DNA from: Elusimicrobiota bacterium
GTDB taxonomy: Bacteria > CG03 > SLGR01 > JAGXOG01
NCBI GenBank assembly: GCA_051745145.1
Contig: JBNJDT010000052.1
Coordinates: 1 to 10,089 of the forward strand
Direction of reading: 5' to 3'
Length of the DNA: 10,089 bases
The notes under the pieces are model-generated. The model searched no databases and was not told the DNA's origin. It worked only from the letters and a program-made list of their open reading frames with translations. The position numbers and the translations under genes are program-made. Of the stretch, positions 7,994 through 10,089 are shown in pieces; the first letter of the stretch is position 1; every line of letters begins with the position of its first letter.

Positions 7994-9323
7994 AATTTCC
8001 CCCACTCTCTTTTTCTATTATTTTTGGTAAAGACATTACTACAGCTAATACAAACCAAAACGGACCCATTATCCGCACTATTATAAAAGTATTGCTGGTA
8101 ATAGCGTGAGTAAGAAGACCTGCAAAAGCACCTATAAACCCTATAGTCAAACCCTTAAACCAGTTATCTTTTAATGTTTTAAATATTCTCATCGAGATTT
8201 TAAATATTTTGTATTTAAGCAATACAAAAGTAAAAAAACCTACCAGCCCCAGTTCAACCAGTGTTCTTACGTACTGGCTATCTATAAATCCTTGTCCCGT
8301 CACTCCCCAGCCGGTAAGAGGCATTTTAGGCCAATTTTGTAAAAGTTGCACTTTCCAGGATTCCACTCTGGCCGCAGAAGACGGATCCAGTCCAAAAGTT
8401 CCGTAACCGCCCGTAAAAGTATAAGTAACCCGCTCAATTAAAATTTTATAAATTTCTCCCCCCATTACAATAGGAAGGAGCAAAACAGCCCCCACACCGG
8501 CAAGTATAATTCTTTCCTTATATTTTGTAGTAATCATAGCTATTGTAAAATACATCACTGCACCGCCAAGATAAGTGGCCCGGGACTGAGTTGCTACAAT
8601 CAGGGGGATAATTGACATAAGTAGAGCCAGAAAAAATATTTTCATATAAACGCTGTCATGAAATATAGCCATACCTATAGAAAGACCCGATATTATAATA
8701 AAATATCCACCTACCGAGGCCGGTTCCCCAACATCAAAAGGAGCATGTATAGTTTCAGGATATAGAAAATAGCTGTGTATTATAACAATCACAGCTGTCA
8801 GAAAGAAAAATTTAAGAACTATATCTATATCTTCTTTTTTTTGTAGTACGTTATATGTCATCCAGAACATCATAAAATATTCAAGATATTTAAAAAGATA
8901 AAAAAACGATTGATAGGGGTTTGTGTGCCCCATTACAATGCCTTTACCTGTAAACAGAAAGCAGGCAGCAAGATAATAAAAAATATACCTGTTAATAGGG
9001 GAGGCTTTTAAAAGGGGGAGTTTTTTATCGACAGCCAGTTTTGCAAACCAGGAGATAAAAATAAGAATCAGCATAAGGTCGTCAAAACGGATAACAACAT
9101 CACGCTGGGGAACAGCGGCAACCGGAATTTCCGGGGAAAGCAGCATACTCATTGCCAGAAAGCCCAGAGCAACTCTCATATCCAATAAACTGATCCCCAC
9201 GGCTAAAACACCTATAATAAAATAAAGGGGAACGCCGGTGGGTTTAATAGAAATAAATCTGCCGAGTATCACCGCCCCGATAACAAGTATCAGAAAAAAC
9301 AGAATTTCAGTAGTATCTCTCAT
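7971..9323 (-). CDS. O-antigen ligase / Wzy polymerase-like integral membrane protein (Wzy_C family)
   Basis: 450 aa with many hydrophobic helices. It has the TQSRATYLG motif, a loop with SSAARVESW and PLTGWG, and DSQYVRTLVELGLVGF, which matches the [HD]N-x-Y..E.G..G signature. It lies directly downstream of the wzc-like gene. Confidence 0.85.
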   Translation of the reverse strand: MRDTTEILFFLILVIGAVILGRFISIKPTGVPLYFIIGVLAVGISLLDMRVALGFLAMSMLLSPEIPVAAVPQRDVVIRFDDLMLILIFISWFAKLAVDKKLPLLKASPINRYIFYYLAACFLFTGKGIVMGHTNPYQSFFYLFKYLEYFMMFWMTYNVLQKKEDIDIVLKFFFLTAVIVIIHSYFLYPETIHAPFDVGEPASVGGYFIIISGLSIGMAIFHDSVYMKIFFLALLMSIIPLIVATQSRATYLGGAVMYFTIAMITTKYKERIILAGVGAVLLLPIVMGGEIYKILIERVTYTFTGGYGTFGLDPSSAARVESWKVQLLQNWPKMPLTGWGVTGQGFIDSQYVRTLVELGLVGFFTFVLLKYKIFKISMRIFKTLKDNWFKGLTIGFIGAFAGLLTHAITSNTFIIVRIMGPFWFVLAVVMSLPKIIEKESGGNYGKNSNS

Positions 9324-9419
9324 TATTAAAAATTGTGATTTGTAAGATAAACGCGGGGACCTTTTTTAAATCGTCTTTAATATTTCTTTTTGTTAATTTT
9401 AAAATTTTTGATACTCTTT

Positions 9420-9454
9420 TTTTTTATAGTCACAGGAACTGTATTTTTTATAGT
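9420..9454. repeat. 11-bp direct repeat flanking a short inverted repeat
   Basis: TTTTTTATAGT occurs at 9420-9430 and 9444-9454 (24-bp period); the spacer CACAGGAACTGTA contains ACAG-N3-CTGT. Confidence 0.5.
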
Positions 9455-9476
9455 TAATTATCTAAAACTTACTCAA
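9447..9476 (-). promoter_or_regulatory. Possible sigma70-type internal promoter upstream of the wzy/waaL-like gene
   Basis: Minus strand reads TTGAGT (9476-9471), an 18-nt spacer, then TATAAA (9452-9447), in the largest intergenic gap (9324-9512). Such matches arise easily by chance in AT-rich DNA. Confidence 0.25.
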
Positions 9477-9512
9477 ACAATAACTTCATAAAGATTGATA
9501 AATTTTTTAATA

Positions 9513-10089
9513 TTACGCCTCTTCCTCACCATAATATTTATGATAGTATTTGTAATAATAATTTTTATCTTTCATTTCTGAAGCCCGGATCTGATTGAGA
9601 ACTACTCCCAATACGTTAGCTTCTGTCTTCGTCATCTGTCTTATAGCCCGGCGGAGGGCTCCCCTTATAACAGTGCCTACTTTATAAACCACGACAACTC
9701 CACCTACCTGGGAAGAAATAACCGTAGAATCCGCTACAGGTAAAATGGGAGAGGAGTCTAAAATTACAAGGTCAAATTTTTGCCGGGCGCTCTCAAGAAA
9801 ATTCTCAAATTCATTGGATTGAAAAAGGGGAAGCGGATTGGGCGGCAGTTTACCGGCAGTGATAAGTTTAAAATCATCTATCCCGGCTATATTGCGAACG
9901 CTATCTCCAAGCGACCCCGTCACAAAATCAGAAGTCCCCTTTATTACTTCATCCATATTTTTCTTTCCAATGAGTACCTCCGATAATCCATTGTTGCGGG
10001 GAACTCCAAACATATTGTGAAGCATCGGAGCTCTAAAATCTGCTTCCACCAGCAAAACTTTTTTATGGGCCTGGGCTGCCGATAATGCA
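9513..10089 (-). CDS. Wzc/CpsD-family polysaccharide-synthesis tyrosine kinase (BY-kinase), C-terminal part; 5' end outside the window
   Basis: The frame is open to the window edge (ALSAAQAHKKVLLVEADFRAP), so the TTG at 10055 is not the real start. It shows a Walker A'-like VLLVEADFR, GLSEVL, AGKLPPNP, a Walker B-like LVILDSSP, LGVVLN, and a C-terminal cluster of 7 Tyr (NYYYKYYHKYYGEEEA). Walker A would lie upstream, outside the window. Confidence 0.92.
   Translation of the reverse strand, partial: ALSAAQAHKKVLLVEADFRAPMLHNMFGVPRNNGLSEVLIGKKNMDEVIKGTSDFVTGSLGDSVRNIAGIDDFKLITAGKLPPNPLPLFQSNEFENFLESARQKFDLVILDSSPILPVADSTVISSQVGGVVVVYKVGTVIRGALRRAIRQMTKTEANVLGVVLNQIRASEMKDKNYYYKYYHKYYGEEEA

Noticed and set aside
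682..10020. Short plus-strand ORFs (682..873, 2835..3140, 5670..5942, 7359..7589, 7812..8030, 8209..8406, 9780..9986, 9838..10020)
   Set aside because: All lie antisense within well-supported minus-strand genes and have no recognisable motifs; they are shadow ORFs.

Overview
The whole window is one minus-strand, AT-rich bacterial surface/exopolysaccharide biosynthesis locus. In transcription order (right to left): C-terminal part of a Wzc/CpsD-type tyrosine kinase (runs off the right edge), O-antigen ligase/Wzy-like membrane protein, a receiver+GAF protein with no output domain, a PglK/MsbA-type ABC exporter, a sulfotransferase, a GT2 glycosyltransferase, a second sulfotransferase, an FkbM-type methyltransferase, a CE4 polysaccharide deacetylase, and a third sulfotransferase that the ORF track misses. 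That third gene is broken by an out-of-frame internal deletion and runs off the left edge. The gene set suggests a sulfated, methylated and deacetylated glycan. One sulfotransferase lines up motif by motif with the heparan N-sulfotransferase domain of NDST as I recall it, so with the deacetylase it may form a split NDST-like pathway (a hypothesis). No RNA genes, CRISPR arrays or mobile elements were seen. All calls come from motif reading; no database search was run.
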